DNA of 59,194 nucleotides, taken from the NCBI GenBank assembly GCA_002269645.1, contig NIVC01003558.1, positions 1 through 59,194 of the forward strand, written 5' to 3'. This document shows, in pieces, positions 12,199-24,325 of this stretch. Below the pieces are notes generated by a model that saw only the letters and a program-made list of their open reading frames with translations, was not told the DNA's origin and ran no database searches. The translations under genes and the position numbers were made by a program. How positions within the stretch are numbered: position 1 is the first letter of the stretch; each line of letters starts with the position of its first letter. Source of the stretch: Macrostomum lignano. Taxonomy: Eukaryota.

Positions 12199-15100
12199 CT
12201 ACCAGTAGTTACCGTAGCCGCCCTGGTCGCCGCCCATGGCCCCGCCGCCGCCTGTTGCCATGCTGGTCACCTGGGTCAGGGCGGCCGCCAGAACCTGCGG
12301 GTTCGAGGCCAGGACGTTCACCACATCCTGGGAGACCCCGGAGCCGCCAGGCGCGCCGCCCGAACCGATCTGGCCGCCGCCGGGGCCACCGCCGCCGCCA
12401 CCGCCGCCCATTGGCTGCCACCCACGGCCTCGCGGAGGCCCCATCTGGGCGCTGCCACCCCGGCCGCCGCGCATCTGGCGGCCACCAGGGACGCCGATGC
12501 CGCCGCCGTACTTCGGAATGACGGTGGCAACGTGGATCGTTTTGCCCTCGATGTCGAAGTCCCGCTCGACCAGGCGTTCGACGGTGCTTGAGTCGGCAAA
12601 GGTGACGAAGGCGAAGTTGCGGAACGGCTTGGGGATGTACACCTCCTCCACCGTGCCGTGTTGGCTAAAGAAGTCCTTCAACACCTCGCTGGTCATCTCC
12701 TCCGTGACGCTGCCGACGAAAACGCGGCGAGACTCGCCGACCGGGGCGGCCTGGCTGATCGGCACCTTCACCTCGCACCAGCGGTTCTGGGCGGCAGAGC
12801 GGGGGGGTGATTTGATGAGACAACAAATTGAGGGCGATTCTGAATGGTAGCTGGGGGGGGGGAGATTCTTAATGGTAGGGGCCGATTACGAATGGTGTTC
12901 TGACTCGTAAGAGTGCATTTGAATTTTTTCAATTATCCGAGGTCGGGCTCGTGGCCGACTGCCTCTTAGGATCGAATTGCATATATTTCTCACAGCGAAT
13001 AGAAGGGAAAATAGTTTAGTTTATTTAGGGCGTTATTCAATATTACTGAGGGTGACCATAGTTAAAATATAGCGCTGGCAGCCCGAACTACGGCATACCC
13101 CCCTTTTAGGAAAATAACGGTTAACAACTATCAATGAACAATAAATTGCGATGCTTTTGCAAGTGTCTGTTGCTATCGAAATTGAGTTGTCAGTTTTTTT
13201 GCAAATTTTTCCTATGGCTGATTTCGGCCAGGCATTCGTCGGACCCTTGTGCCCCTTTTTGGGGTCTCTTCGTTGGACTGGGCCACATAAGGCTCAACGG
13301 CTTGAGGTGGGCCGTTGGTGACCTAAGTTGTTGGCTCAACACGATGATCAACTTCTTCATCGGACGTACTAGTAGTAGATGATTGCTGCAGGCCCAGTTG
13401 ATTGTTGCTGGCCAGCTTGAGGGTGTCGCCCGCCAGCAGTCATGATGTGTTCCGTTCTCGGGTCATTAGGAACTTTGCCTCGGAGCACGGAGTGTCGGCA
13501 TTTGGCTTTTAGGCTACTAAGATCACCTTGCTGGAAGGTTGACACGATACGAACGCGTAATAGACGTAAAAATGATTTCAACAGGCGTCTTTCCATGCGA
13601 GGTTGACGAATATTTGTGGCGCAGCAGAACTTTCTGCAAAAAGGCAATAAATTTGGAGTGAGTCATGCGTTGGGTCCAGGCCCGAAGTGCCTTTTTCACG
13701 GTTTGCACGGTCCGTTCAGCAAGACGGTTGGACTGCAGTGAGTACGGAAGGGTCTCCATCTTCGGCGCTCCATTGGCTTCCAACCAGGACACCAAAGAGG
13801 CCGAGGTGAATTCTGCTCCGTTGTCAGACACAATCACTTGTGGGACACCGAATCGAGTAAAAACAGTACGCAAGCAGTTGATGACCTTGTTCGTGGACCG
13901 ATCTTTTGTTGGGAAAGCCTCAATATAGCCGGGAGTATGCGTCCACAACGATGAGAATGTTGCCTACCTCAGGTATGAATACCTAGTCCTTGTGAAGCCG
14001 TTGTAACGGAAAGCTCGTAGGTGGCCAAACGTCTCTTATCTTCTGTAGACGAGGTCGCAGCCGAATATAACTGGGACATTGATGCACGAACTGCTCGACA
14101 TCGCGCTGCATTCCAGGCCACTAGCAGATCTGAGCCAGTAGGTTGTAGGAACCATCTTTCTTTTTGACCCAACGACAGGCGATGAATTACTCACGCGGCC
14201 TTCAATTCTCCCAATAACGATCAGTTGCTCGAGTCTGTCCAGCTCAGCGTTGATCTGGCACTCCAGTGCAATGGGCACAGGGCGGGCTCGGCAGAATTGC
14301 GGTCTGGCTCCATCGACCAACTCCATTCGAGCCGTGACGCCCTTATTAGTGGCAGGGGTTCGACCGTAGGAGCCACGGATGTCTGGAAAATTGAGTCGGA
14401 ATCCAGCAAGTCGCGTCCCAACAAATGTAATTGTTTTGTTGAAGCGACACCCATGAGCTCGGTCGGATGGAGACGGCCTTGCATCTCGACGGTGGTGAGG
14501 AGCTTTCCTAACGTTTTGAGAGTGTGGCCATCATAGGCTTCAAGGCGCCGGTGGCACTTTGTAGCGCTGGTCGATGCAGTGACTCCCAGAGATTACTTGA
14601 TATCACGAACACAGATGTGCCTGTGTCCACTTGCATTGGAATCGCAATTTACCATCAATGAGAATATATTCAGTTGCCATGGATAGATTATGGACGAGAT
14701 CAACGTCGGTAAGATAAAGGACTTCAGAGATGTCAGAGTCGGAAGCGTCAGTCGTCGTCTTTGCATGATGAATACCTGCTGATGATCGGCACACCGATCC
14801 GAAATGATTGAGTTTGTTGCATTTGGAGCATGTCTTGCCAAAGGCAAAGGCAGGACATTTCCCAGTGGGGTGGGATTTGCCGCAGAATTTGCAATTGTCA
14901 ACACGACGTCGGTCTCTACCGAGTTTGGAAGGGCCGCCATTGTGCACTTGCTTTTATAATTTGCAAAGTGAATTTCTCCGTCTTCGAGTTGAACCGCAAT
15001 GGGCTTTTGGACTCCCGACGTTTCACGATCTCTCACAAAGGTCTTCACTTGTTCCAAATTTTGGATTTCATCAACGATCTCTGCCACATTAAGTTCCTTT

Positions 15101-16476
15101 TTTGGAGGATTACCAAAATGTGGCGCTGATGTTCGGCGTTGCACAGGCCTACGATGAGAGACAGAAGCACCATTTCTTCTTCTGTACTGATACATGTTTT
15201 GAGAGAGTCAAACTTGCAGTATGCCGCAGCCTGGCGAACACAGGAGAGAAACTTGGTGATCGACTCATTTGCGGCTTGACGTTGTGAGGAAAATTTTGTT
15301 CGTTTTGCTACCACGACGCGCTCTTTGGGTTGTAGGAAACGGAAAGTGTTGATCGCTGCCTCGATATTGCTAAGGCGCAGTCTCAATATCCTTTGGGCTT
15401 TGGAGCGAAAAGATAGGTGATTATCTCTAGAGCTGATAATCCACAGACTGCCAAGAAATTGTCTGCGATTTGTCGGGAGTCTGCTGTATCATCCCACTTC
15501 TTTGCTCGTCCCAGGGCCTCAAAGGCCTTCAACTAGGTAATTGCGCGATCCAGATCGGCCAGTTCCAAACTATCGAGTCGCAACGCCATTGTGACTCGTA
15601 AGTGTATTTGAATTTCTTGATAAACTTCAATTATCTGAGGTCGGGCTCGTGGCTGAGTGCAGCGTAGCCAGAATTGCATTCCTACGTGTATATTTCTTAC
15701 AACGAAGAGAAGGGAAAATAATTAAGGGCTTTATTCAATATTACTGCGTGACCATAGATAGTTAAAAATACCGATTCTCAATGGTAGGGAGCGATTCTCA
15801 ATGGTTGGGACCACTCTCAATGGATTGGGGCGATTCTCAACTGTTGGGTGGGAGACATTCTAAATGATTAATTGTTCAGGGGGGGGGGCGTTTTCTTAGC
15901 AGGCCAGGGGCCCAGAAAAAGCAGCAAAGTCCCGCGCAGTCGCACCATTATATGATGCTTCGGGCAGGTCAGACAGTCGATCTGGGACTCGAACTCGGCA
16001 AACCGAATGAACCCGTAGCCCCGACTGCCGCCTTCCGAGTTCCGCTTGATCTGAGACATGACCACTTCGCCGAACTTGGAGAAATAGCTCTTCAAATCCT
16101 CTTCGCTAGCTTTGAAGTGCAGGCCGAGCACAATCAGGTCTGTGCACTTTTTCCTGTCCGGCTTCTTCGGCCGGAAGTCGGGCGCGTCGCCGGATTGCTC
16201 GTCCACTTTGCGCTTGTTGTCCTTGGGAAAGGTGCACAAGTAGACCACGTTGCCGTTGTGACTCCAGGAGTTGAACTCCGGCGGCGGGTACAGTACACCG
16301 TCCGTGAGGCGCACTGCCCGCATGGCGCTGGTGTCCGGGTTGCGGTAGCGCAGGCCGGTGAGGCCGGGGAACTGCGCGGCCAGGGTGGACAGCAGCAGGA
16401 CTCCGCCGGCCTCGGTGGGCACCTCTATCGGGTCGTCGCCCTCGTCCTCAGCAACTGGCACGTATTCGACTGACAT
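12199..16476 (-). CDS. TARDBP: TDP-43 homolog, paralog b (2 coding exons: 16476-15946 and 12786-12199; 372 aa)
   Basis: Same exon structure and splice sites as paralog a (HHIM|NRWCEVK). The frame is open in both exons. RRM1 DLIVLGLHFK, RRM2 RVFVGSVTEEM, shorter Gly-rich tail ending GGYGNYW. The 3159-bp intron carries an LTR element. Confidence 0.92.
12896..15772 (-). mobile_element. Old, internally deleted Ty3/Gypsy LTR retrotransposon inside the TDP-43b intron
   Basis: Diverged direct repeats (LTRs) at about 12896-13097 and 15590-15772. PBS-like TGGCGTTGCG next to the right LTR; PPT AAAAGGGGG next to the left LTR. Fragments of gag (CKFCGKSH, CSKCNKLNHFGSVC knuckles), the RT start (IPIALECQINAELDRLE) and integrase (RFGVPQVIVSDNGAEFTS...SNRLAERTVQTVK), with stops and frameshifts. 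Confidence 0.88.
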
Positions 16477-16640
16477 GGCTGGCGCGATTCACTGCAACAT
16501 TTTGCGACGGGGGACAATTTTGAGTGGATAATTTCTGCATCTACATGCTAATTTGTCGCATGTCTAACCTACCAATTCTGCCATCTACCAATTTGTCCAT
16601 TATCTGCAACTTTGTCTAATATCTATCTGCCAATCTGCCT

Positions 16641-16730
16641 GGGGGCCGTACGCCGTAGCCTAGTGGTCTGATGCGCCAGCGGCCTGGGCTCGATTCCAAG
16701 CGCAGGCACATTAATTTGGAATTATGGCTT
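16641..16730 (+). mobile_element. Truncated SINE remnant paralogous to 7503-7860
   Basis: CGTAGCCTAGTGGTCTGATGCGCCAGCGGCCTGGGCTCGATTCC...CACATTAATTTGG; A/B-box-like motifs. Confidence 0.45.
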
Positions 16731-17167
16731 AGGTCTGCTGTTGCCAATTAACGCCTTTGAGGGCAAACACCACAAAGGCACAGTGAAGTGCACATGTACA
16801 TTTAAAACTGTTCGGTGGCCATCAAATGAAGTCACACGGAAGTCAAGCGAGAGAGAAACAGCAATAAAGTTCATCATGTCTGTCGTGTAAACAAGCACCG
16901 GAAACAAGTCGATTAAAAAAACAGAAATATCAACGATAACAACAGCAAGCGCAACGCACAAAACTAGGCAAATACGAGAAATGAAAAGCAATTTTAGCGA
17001 GGTATAGTACAGTGTAAATTCTTTTATGATTCCCCACTTCTTTATCCCCAACCTTCATATCCCAATTTATATCATCAACATTATTTTGAAAGTTCGTCTC
17101 ATCGGTCAAACAGTGACCCGTCTCAGTTGCTACCCGTCATCCTGGGTGCATCATCATGGCTGCATGT

Positions 17168-17650
17168 ACAGAAAAGAAACAAATGTTTAACACGCAACGA
17201 AAAGTCATTGGCTCACACACAAGCACTAATAAAGTCAAGACAAAGGTCAAAGGTCAAAAGCTGTCTGCACCCGACGCATCAATCCAAGGCCAGGCTCAAC
17301 TCAGCTCAAAGTCAGTCCCTGGCGCAGCCGGAGCAACACAGACTGACTGATAGACACAGATCGGCGCACAGGACTGCGAATTTAATTAAATCAATCTAAT
17401 CAATCAGCTCATTCCAATGGGATACCTCCAGCAGGCTGGGTGCTCGGGCAGATCTTCCTGAGCACCTGGCATCGGGTACAGGGACATCACGTGACCTGGC
17501 TCTCGGCCGCCGCTGAGCATAAATTATGAGCTAATTTGTTTAAGTAAGAATTCACGTCATTAAAGAATAAAGATTGCTCTTGGTGGACATCTCCTAACAC
17601 TGGGACTCTGGTGCATAAAATGGGGATTCGGGTGCTTGAAGTGGGGACTC
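17168..17650. other. Second copy of the near-identical ~480-bp block
   Basis: Matches 9119-9600 almost base for base. Confidence 0.85.
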
Positions 17651-18225
17651 GGGTGTTTGAAATGGGGATTTGGGGTGTTTGAAATGGGGATTTGGGGGTG
17701 TTTGAAATGGGGACTCGGGTGTTTGAAATGGGGATTTGGGGTGTTTGAAATGGGGATTCGGGTGCTTGAAGTGGGGACTCGGGTGCTTGAAATGGGGATT
17801 TGGGGTGTTTGAAATGGGGATTTGAATGTTTGAAATGGGGATTCGGGTGCTTGAAATGGGGATTTGGGTGTTTGAAATGGAGATTTGGGTGTTTGAAATG
17901 GGGACTCGGGTGTTTGAAATGGGGATTTGGGGTGTTTGAAATGGGGATTCGGGGTGTTTGAAATGGGGATTTGGGGGTGTTTGAAATGGGGACTCGGGTG
18001 TTTGAAATGGGGATTCGGGGTGTTTGAAATGGGGATTTGGGGTGTTTGAAATGGGGATTTGGGTGTTTGAAATTGGGATTTGGGTGTTTGAAATGGGGAT
18101 TCGGGTGTTTGAAATGGGGATGTGAAGTGTTTGAAATGGGGATTTGGGGTGTTCGAAATGGTGACTGGGGTGTTTGAACTGGGTCTTGGGTATTTGAACT
18201 GGGGACTGAGGTGTTTAAAAATGGG
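17620..18225. repeat. G-rich 21/22-bp satellite (GGGATTTGGGGTGTTTGAAATG), shorter paralogous array
   Basis: Same monomer as the start of 9570-11872, but lacks the GAGATGGTT monomer type. Confidence 0.92.
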
Positions 18226-18420
18226 AACTTAATTGGGAGGATAAGCTACATATTTAGTCATCAAATAAAAAACAAAATGCTATTAACAGGTAAGAATTAG
18301 CACGTGCAACTTCGTATGTATATATTATTCAGTTATTAAGGAAAGTTAAATCGGGCCTCGCATACGTTAGCATAATTTACAATAAAGACACGACAGGAAT
18401 AACGTGGAATAACCACAGGG

Positions 18421-18642
18421 TCACTGGTAGTACAATTCCAAATTCATGCCGTCATGGATCTCGTAGTCCTCCAAACTGATGTGATCCTTGAATATAGTGT
18501 ACCACTTCTTCAGCACGATCTTATCCCACCTGGTGCCAGTCTGGGCGGCGATCAGCTTCTTTAGATCGCCAATGGTGTCGCTGGGATTGCATTTGATGCG
18601 CACCTTCTTGCCAAGCCGATCGTTCACCGTGATTTCAATCAT
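18421..18642 (-). CDS. UBL5: Ubiquitin-like protein 5 (Hub1), 73 aa, coding region intronless
   Basis: [73 protein letters not shown] is near-identical to human UBL5, including the C-terminal YYQ. Confidence 0.98.
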   Translation of the reverse strand: MIEITVNDRLGKKVRIKCNPSDTIGDLKKLIAAQTGTRWDKIVLKKWYTIFKDHISLEDYEIHDGMNLELYYQ

Positions 18643-18834
18643 TGCCGGCTGGGGCTGGGCTGCAATGCAACAAGTAATAATAATTGATTACACCTGCCCC
18701 AACTGAGCCAGATGTGCAACCGACAGCTCAGCCGCAGCGATTGTGCGGGCGCATCTGAAGGTCTGAAGACTGCGTACGGCTGTTCAGTCCAAATACTGGG
18801 GGGGGGGGGTTGCCACGAACACCCCAACTACTCC

Positions 18835-18975
18835 AGCTAATGCTGGCACCCATTTTACATGCAGACTCAGAGTTAAGTGTCTTGCTCAAGGACACAAATT
18901 GTTTCAGTGCGATCGCGAATCGAACCCGCGACCTTTCAGTTGTGAGTCCGATGCTCTCACCACAAAGCTACAACC
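18835..18975 (-). mobile_element. tRNA-derived SINE (SINE2) fragment
   Basis: Minus strand TAGCTTTGTGGTGAGAGCATCGGACTCACAACTGAAAGGTCGCGGGTTCGATTCG (A and B boxes), followed by GTGTCCTTGAGCAAGACACTTAAC and GTAAAATGGGTGCCAGC, motifs typical of metazoan SINE2 central domains. Confidence 0.65.
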
Positions 18976-19436
18976 CCCATATCAAATATAATATATCATG
19001 CGCTTAACTGCCTACTCAGCGGGAATTTTTTAAGTAGAACAGTAAGATTTTGAAAAAAAAGCTAAAGTACCATAGAAACGATTTTAAAATGTTTAAAATG
19101 TAGAAAACTTATTATTAAATATACAAAACTACACGGTAAACTTTCAATAGATAAACAGCACCAAAAATGGTAAAAATGTTTTTTAAAAAGCAAAAAAATC
19201 AATGCTGGACAGAATTGATTCAGTAATAATGTTCATTTATACTGCAGCAAATCAAGAAGTCTAAAGGCTTCATTAATACAACAAACATTGTGTAACGCGA
19301 CACCAAAAGAAAGTCCAATTGCGATTTCATGATTGAAAATCTGGTGCACTAAAAATCTAAATGATTGACAGAACAGACACAGAGACACAGACAGACACAA
19401 CAAAAAAGTAGTGATAAATAAAAAGTTTTAGAAGGA

Positions 19437-20162
19437 CGCCCAGCAACTGATGATCTGGGAGGCTGGCAGTGGCCCAGCAACTGAGGATCTGGGAGGCTGG
19501 CGGTGGCCCAGCAACTGAGGATCTGGGAGGCTGGCGGTGGCCCAGCAACTGAGGATCTGGGAGGCTGGCGGTGGCCCAGCAACTGAGGATCTGGGAGGCT
19601 GGCGGTGGCCCAGAAACTGAGGATCTGGGAAGCTGGCAACGGCCCAGCAACTGAGGATCTGGGAGGCTGGAGGTGGCCCAGCAACTGAGGATCTGGGAGG
19701 CTGGCAGTGACCCCCAGCATTTGAGGATCTGGGAGGCTGGCTCAGCAACTGAGGATCTGGGACGCTGGCCCAGCAACTGAGGATCTGGGAGGCTGACCCA
19801 GCATTTGAGAATCTGGGAGGCTGGCCCAGCAACTGAGGATCTGGGACGCTGGCCCAGCAACTGAGGATCTGGGACGCTGGCCCAGCAACTGAGGATCTGG
19901 GAGGCTGGCCCAGCAACTGAGGATCTGGGAAGCTGGCCCAGCAACTGAGGATCTGGGAAGCTGGCCCAGCAACTGAAGATCTGGGAAGCTGGCCCAGTAA
20001 TTGAGGGTCTGGGAGGCTGTGGCCCAGCAACAGAGGATCTGGGAGGCTGGCCCAGCAACAGAGGATCTGGAAGGCTGACCCAGCAACTGAGGATCTGGGA
20101 TGCTGGCCCAGCAACTGAGGATCTGGGAGGCTGGCCCAGCAACTGAGGATCTGGGAGGCTGA
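19437..20162. repeat. 28/34-bp minisatellite (GGCCCAGCAACTGAGGATCTGGGAGGCT[GGCGGT])
   Basis: About 24 units downstream of the SHPK stop; 34-bp units on the left, 28-bp units on the right. Confidence 0.93.
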
Positions 20163-20225
20163 CGGCGCCCAGTAAGGCAGTAAATTCAATCACAGCTCGC
20201 AAGCGACCTATGAATCAGCTAGCTT

Positions 20226-21781
20226 CTAGGACTCCCCGCGCCCAGCAGCCACCCAGTCCAGGAACTGTGCCGCCAGTCCTGCCGCGCCGTCGGCCACCGC
20301 AGGCTGCTGCCGAGCTCCTCCGTCCTCCAGCACAATGGACTGGAATTGACATTCGTCAAAGCGAAGAGCAGCGGCCCGCCGCAGGACGGCATTCCTACGC
20401 AGGGCGCTGCCGGCCAGAATTATCCGATCGATGCCGGCCTGTCTGAGCGCCGCAGGCGGGCACAAACTGAGCAGGTTGTTAATCAGGCCGAGGCACACGG
20501 ATCGGTACAGCCGGCCGAGACTGCGGCAGCTGGACATGCGCAGGCCGAGCACAGAGCCGCCTTGGGTCCCGCCGCCGCATCGCTCGTCTAGCAGGGTCGG
20601 CGAGATCAAAGGATCCGGGTCGGAGGCGGACGCGGGTTCGGCTGCAAAATAGAAATGGTCATAGGAATAGCTTAGGCGCAATGGTAAATCAAGATTCGAG
20701 TGGGCTTCATGCTCACATCTTTCCAGTTCAGTTCTGTTTAAGTATTGATAATTGGCACTCGAATATCCAATTTGAGCACCCTTTGGTCACTCCTATCTCG
20801 AAGTTGGTCACTCCTATCTCGAATTTGGTCACTCCTATCTCGAATTCGGACACTCCTATCTCGAAGTTGGTCACTCCTATTTAAAATTTTGTCACTCCTG
20901 TCTTGAATTCGGACACCCACACATAACTCGACAATTTCCCCACCTGCTGATATCCCCACCTTTGAATTAATAAAACATTATTGTCACCTTCATCCGCCAG
21001 AACTTGCAACCGCTGCCAGACAGTCTCGGACGGACACCGCTGTCCGGTTAGCTGCTCTTGCCAGTCGGCCAGAGTTTGGACAAACTCGGCCAGCACGTTG
21101 CCGCCATTCAGACTGGCAGCCAGCAGGACATATCTATCTGGCGAAAAGAAGGGGAAGCAGTCGATGCCTGCGTGGTCCCTCACAGACGGCTGCTGGGGCG
21201 GCTCGCTAGTGAGGAAGCCGAGCTGCGCACTGGTGCCAAAGTTCAGAAAGGCGCGCCCGTCAAAGTCTGCCGGACCCGTTGATGTTGACGACAGCGTCGA
21301 GGGCTGCAGAGGCGCGTACACCGAATAAACAACGCACTGCAGGTCGCCAAGAGGCACCCGGACTCGACAACTGGACGGCAGCCGACCCGCCCAGGCGTGT
21401 CCGCTGGCTAGCGACGTCAGCAAAGTCGGGGACAGACAGCCGACAACGTGGCCAACCGGCGCGATGTCGGGCAGCCGCGGGCGCGGCGGCAGGCCAGCAG
21501 CCGCAAGGCTGTCGGCATCCCAGCGCTGGCCGGCCAGGTCGAAGTAGCCCCAGCTGGCGGCCAGCTGGCCGGACATGCGCACCGACCCGCTGCCGCCGAT
21601 CAGCAAGGCGGCCAGCCAGTCCATGGCGCTGCCGCAGGCGTCGAATTCGGCTAGACGGTCGGGCTGATGACGCTGCCACCAGAGCAGAGTGGCCAGACCG
21701 AACCCACTCTGGAACACGGCAGCGAGAAGGTTCTCTGTCTTTCTTTTTGTTTGCCTGTCTGTCTGTCTGTTTGTCTGTTTG

Positions 21782-21814
<33 letters not shown>

Positions 21815-21861
21815 GCATGTCTGTCTGTTTGTTTGTGTGTCTGTCTGTCTGTCTGTTTGTG

Positions 21862-21920
<59 letters not shown>

Positions 21921-21929
21921 ATGTCTGCA

Positions 21930-22002
<73 letters not shown>

Positions 22003-22073
22003 GCATGTCTGTCTGTTTGTTTGTGTGTCTGTCTGTCTGTCTGTTTGTGTGTCTGTCTGTCTGTCTGTCTGCA

Positions 22074-22108
<35 letters not shown>

Positions 22109-22109
22109 G

Positions 22110-22154
<45 letters not shown>

Positions 22155-22659
22155 GCCTCCCCCTCTTAATGTCAGTTTATGTTAGCATTTATTTGTATGT
22201 CTAAGACACCATCTATCATACCTTCGGCGCCACAACCTCTGGTCTGGACGGTGCCGGCAATGACTGGAGGAACTCGAGTGAGCACCGGCCATCCTGCCAG
22301 GTCACCAGCTCCGAGCAGGAGGCCAGCGGCTGTTCCGAGCGCCACATCGCGATGCCGTGCATCTGGCCGCACAGCAGAATGTCGGACACCCGGCCTAGCA
22401 TGTTGTCATCGCCGTCGATATGGGAGTCAATCTTGGACGCCAGATTGGAGAATGCGGCGAGAATGGAGTGCAGCGACATCACTGACTGGCGCGGGGCAGT
22501 GGACACTGGGGACGCTTCGATATTGTTGCTGCCAGAGTACAGGATGCGCCGAGTGGCTGACTCCACTAGCAACAGCTTCACTGCGGTGGTGCCAATGTCA
22601 ATGCACAGCAGCAGTGCGTCTGCACTTTTGTTAGCGGTTTGCTCAAGCCCGGCTGACAT
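20226..22659 (-). CDS. SHPK: Sedoheptulokinase (FGGY family); exons 22659-22222, 21708-20988, 20641-20226; 524 aa
   Basis: Motifs match human SHPK: [96 protein letters not shown] introns give consistent phases (0 and 1); total 1575 nt. Confidence 0.9.
20783..20915. repeat. 21-bp minisatellite (TTGGTCACTCCTATCTCGAAG) in SHPK intron 2
   Basis: About 6 units. Confidence 0.85.
21753..22155. repeat. (TCTG)n / (GACA)n tetranucleotide microsatellite in SHPK intron 1
   Basis: About 400 bp. It explains the QTDR and SVCL ORFs. Confidence 0.95.
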
Positions 22660-24109
22660 GCCAGAATTTGGGCAGCTTACAAGCGCTGAATGTTTGACAG
22701 TTGAAATATACATGTACTTGTCTATTTGTTGAAGCAACAATATGGATACATACATTTGTAATAGTATAAATGACAATATTTGAACAGTAGCAAAATATAT
22801 ATGATATGATTTTATCTTCAAAAAATCAATTAAGCTTGTTATATTGATAATTGCTAAAGGCCAATTTTTACTCAGTAATTTTTATTACTTAATATGAATA
22901 TTTCAAATTGCTTTGTACATGTAATATTGAAAGAGATTAGATTTTATAATACTTTTTAAATAATAGATACAAATTTCAAAAAGTATACAAACAGTAGCAG
23001 AGGGTCTTTAACAAATAAGCTAATAATATATTTGTTATATAATCATGGTACAAAAAGGGCCTTAGCATAATTACTTAGTAAATATAATATGGTGTTAATC
23101 ACTTTGTCAACTGCTAGCAATATCTGCTATTGACAATGACCAAGTCTAGTGGTCTTACTAATTGGTCAGTTGACAAAGTGACCAAGATCAATGGCTCCCT
23201 AGTTAATAAAATGAAACAAAATTTGAGTTAATTACTTTATGGCAAAGAAGCCTCTATGGTTGCTGTGCTCCCTAGGAAGGGACACTTGTTTAGGCAGCAT
23301 ACAAGTTTCGGGTTAAAGCCCAATTGGAAAGCAGTGAATGAATAGGAAAATGCAACATTTTTTCATTTCTATGACTGATAAATTTTTAACTAAAAGTTAT
23401 AGAAAGATACAGTTTGCATTATTCAATGCCAAACATTCAGAATCATAGGTCTCCAAGGTTAAGTTGTATTCTTTAAAAAAACTTTTTATTTTGTTAGTGT
23501 AAAAATCAATTTTTTATAACCCATTGGACAATGCAAACATAATGAAACAAATAATGAAATGATACCGACAGAAAGATTGGTTGAAGACTTTGAAAGAGAA
23601 AAGTTAATTAAAATATTTTATCATTGCAAGGAAACCCTTAAGTGATACCTTAGCAAAAGAGAGTGGAATTAACTTATCTATAGAGCAGAAAAGTGCTAGG
23701 GCATGCTATATAGAAATAGCAATTATGACTCTATAAAACAAAAGCTAAGTCTACTATGAGTATATATCAGAGCTACATTTCTTAGTTTTGACTTTTTGCA
23801 CTTCAGTGCTTCATTGCTCTTTCAGCTGTCATTCTTCACATTGACTAGATTCTTCATATACATTGTTGGAGCTAGAACTTGGCATAGTAGAATAGATCTA
23901 GACAAGCTTTGCCATATGCACATTGCTGATTAAAATGATTCACACAAGATTGTAGAATTGGCAATATAGTCTTGGCAAAGCTCAACAATATTCTCTACAG
24001 CCTTTACAGCTTATCTAGAGTACAGAGGTGTTGTTCACATGCTCAAAATTTCATAACCTTGAAAAGCACTTCCTTTTACAAACCCAAAACTTTATAAGGT
24101 TGAAATTTC

Positions 24110-24325
24110 ACAACCTCAAAAATTTTAGCAGTCAACTTCATAAGCTCAAAATTTCATAAGCTTGAAATTTCACAACCTTGAAAACCATTTTAGCAGCCAA
24201 CTTCACAAGCTGCTACAAGAAGTTGCCTGCTAAAATTTTTGAGGATAAAATTTCAAGCTTGTGAAATTTTGAGCTTATGAAAGTAACTGGTTTCAAGGTT
24301 GTGAAATTTTAAGCTTATGAAACAT
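24110..24325. repeat. Foldback / MITE-like imperfect inverted repeat
   Basis: TTTCATAAGCTTGAAATTTCACAACCTTGAAAACC on the left pairs with GGTTTCAAGGTTGTGAAATTTTAAGCTTATGAAA on the right; the arms are built from short subrepeats. Confidence 0.7.

Noticed and set aside
18900-18975. Functional tRNA gene
   Set aside because: It lacks a proper acceptor stem and runs straight into a SINE body motif, so it is a SINE head.
19349-20202. 281/253-aa LPDPQLLG repeat ORFs
   Set aside because: Derived from the 28/34-bp minisatellite downstream of the SHPK stop.
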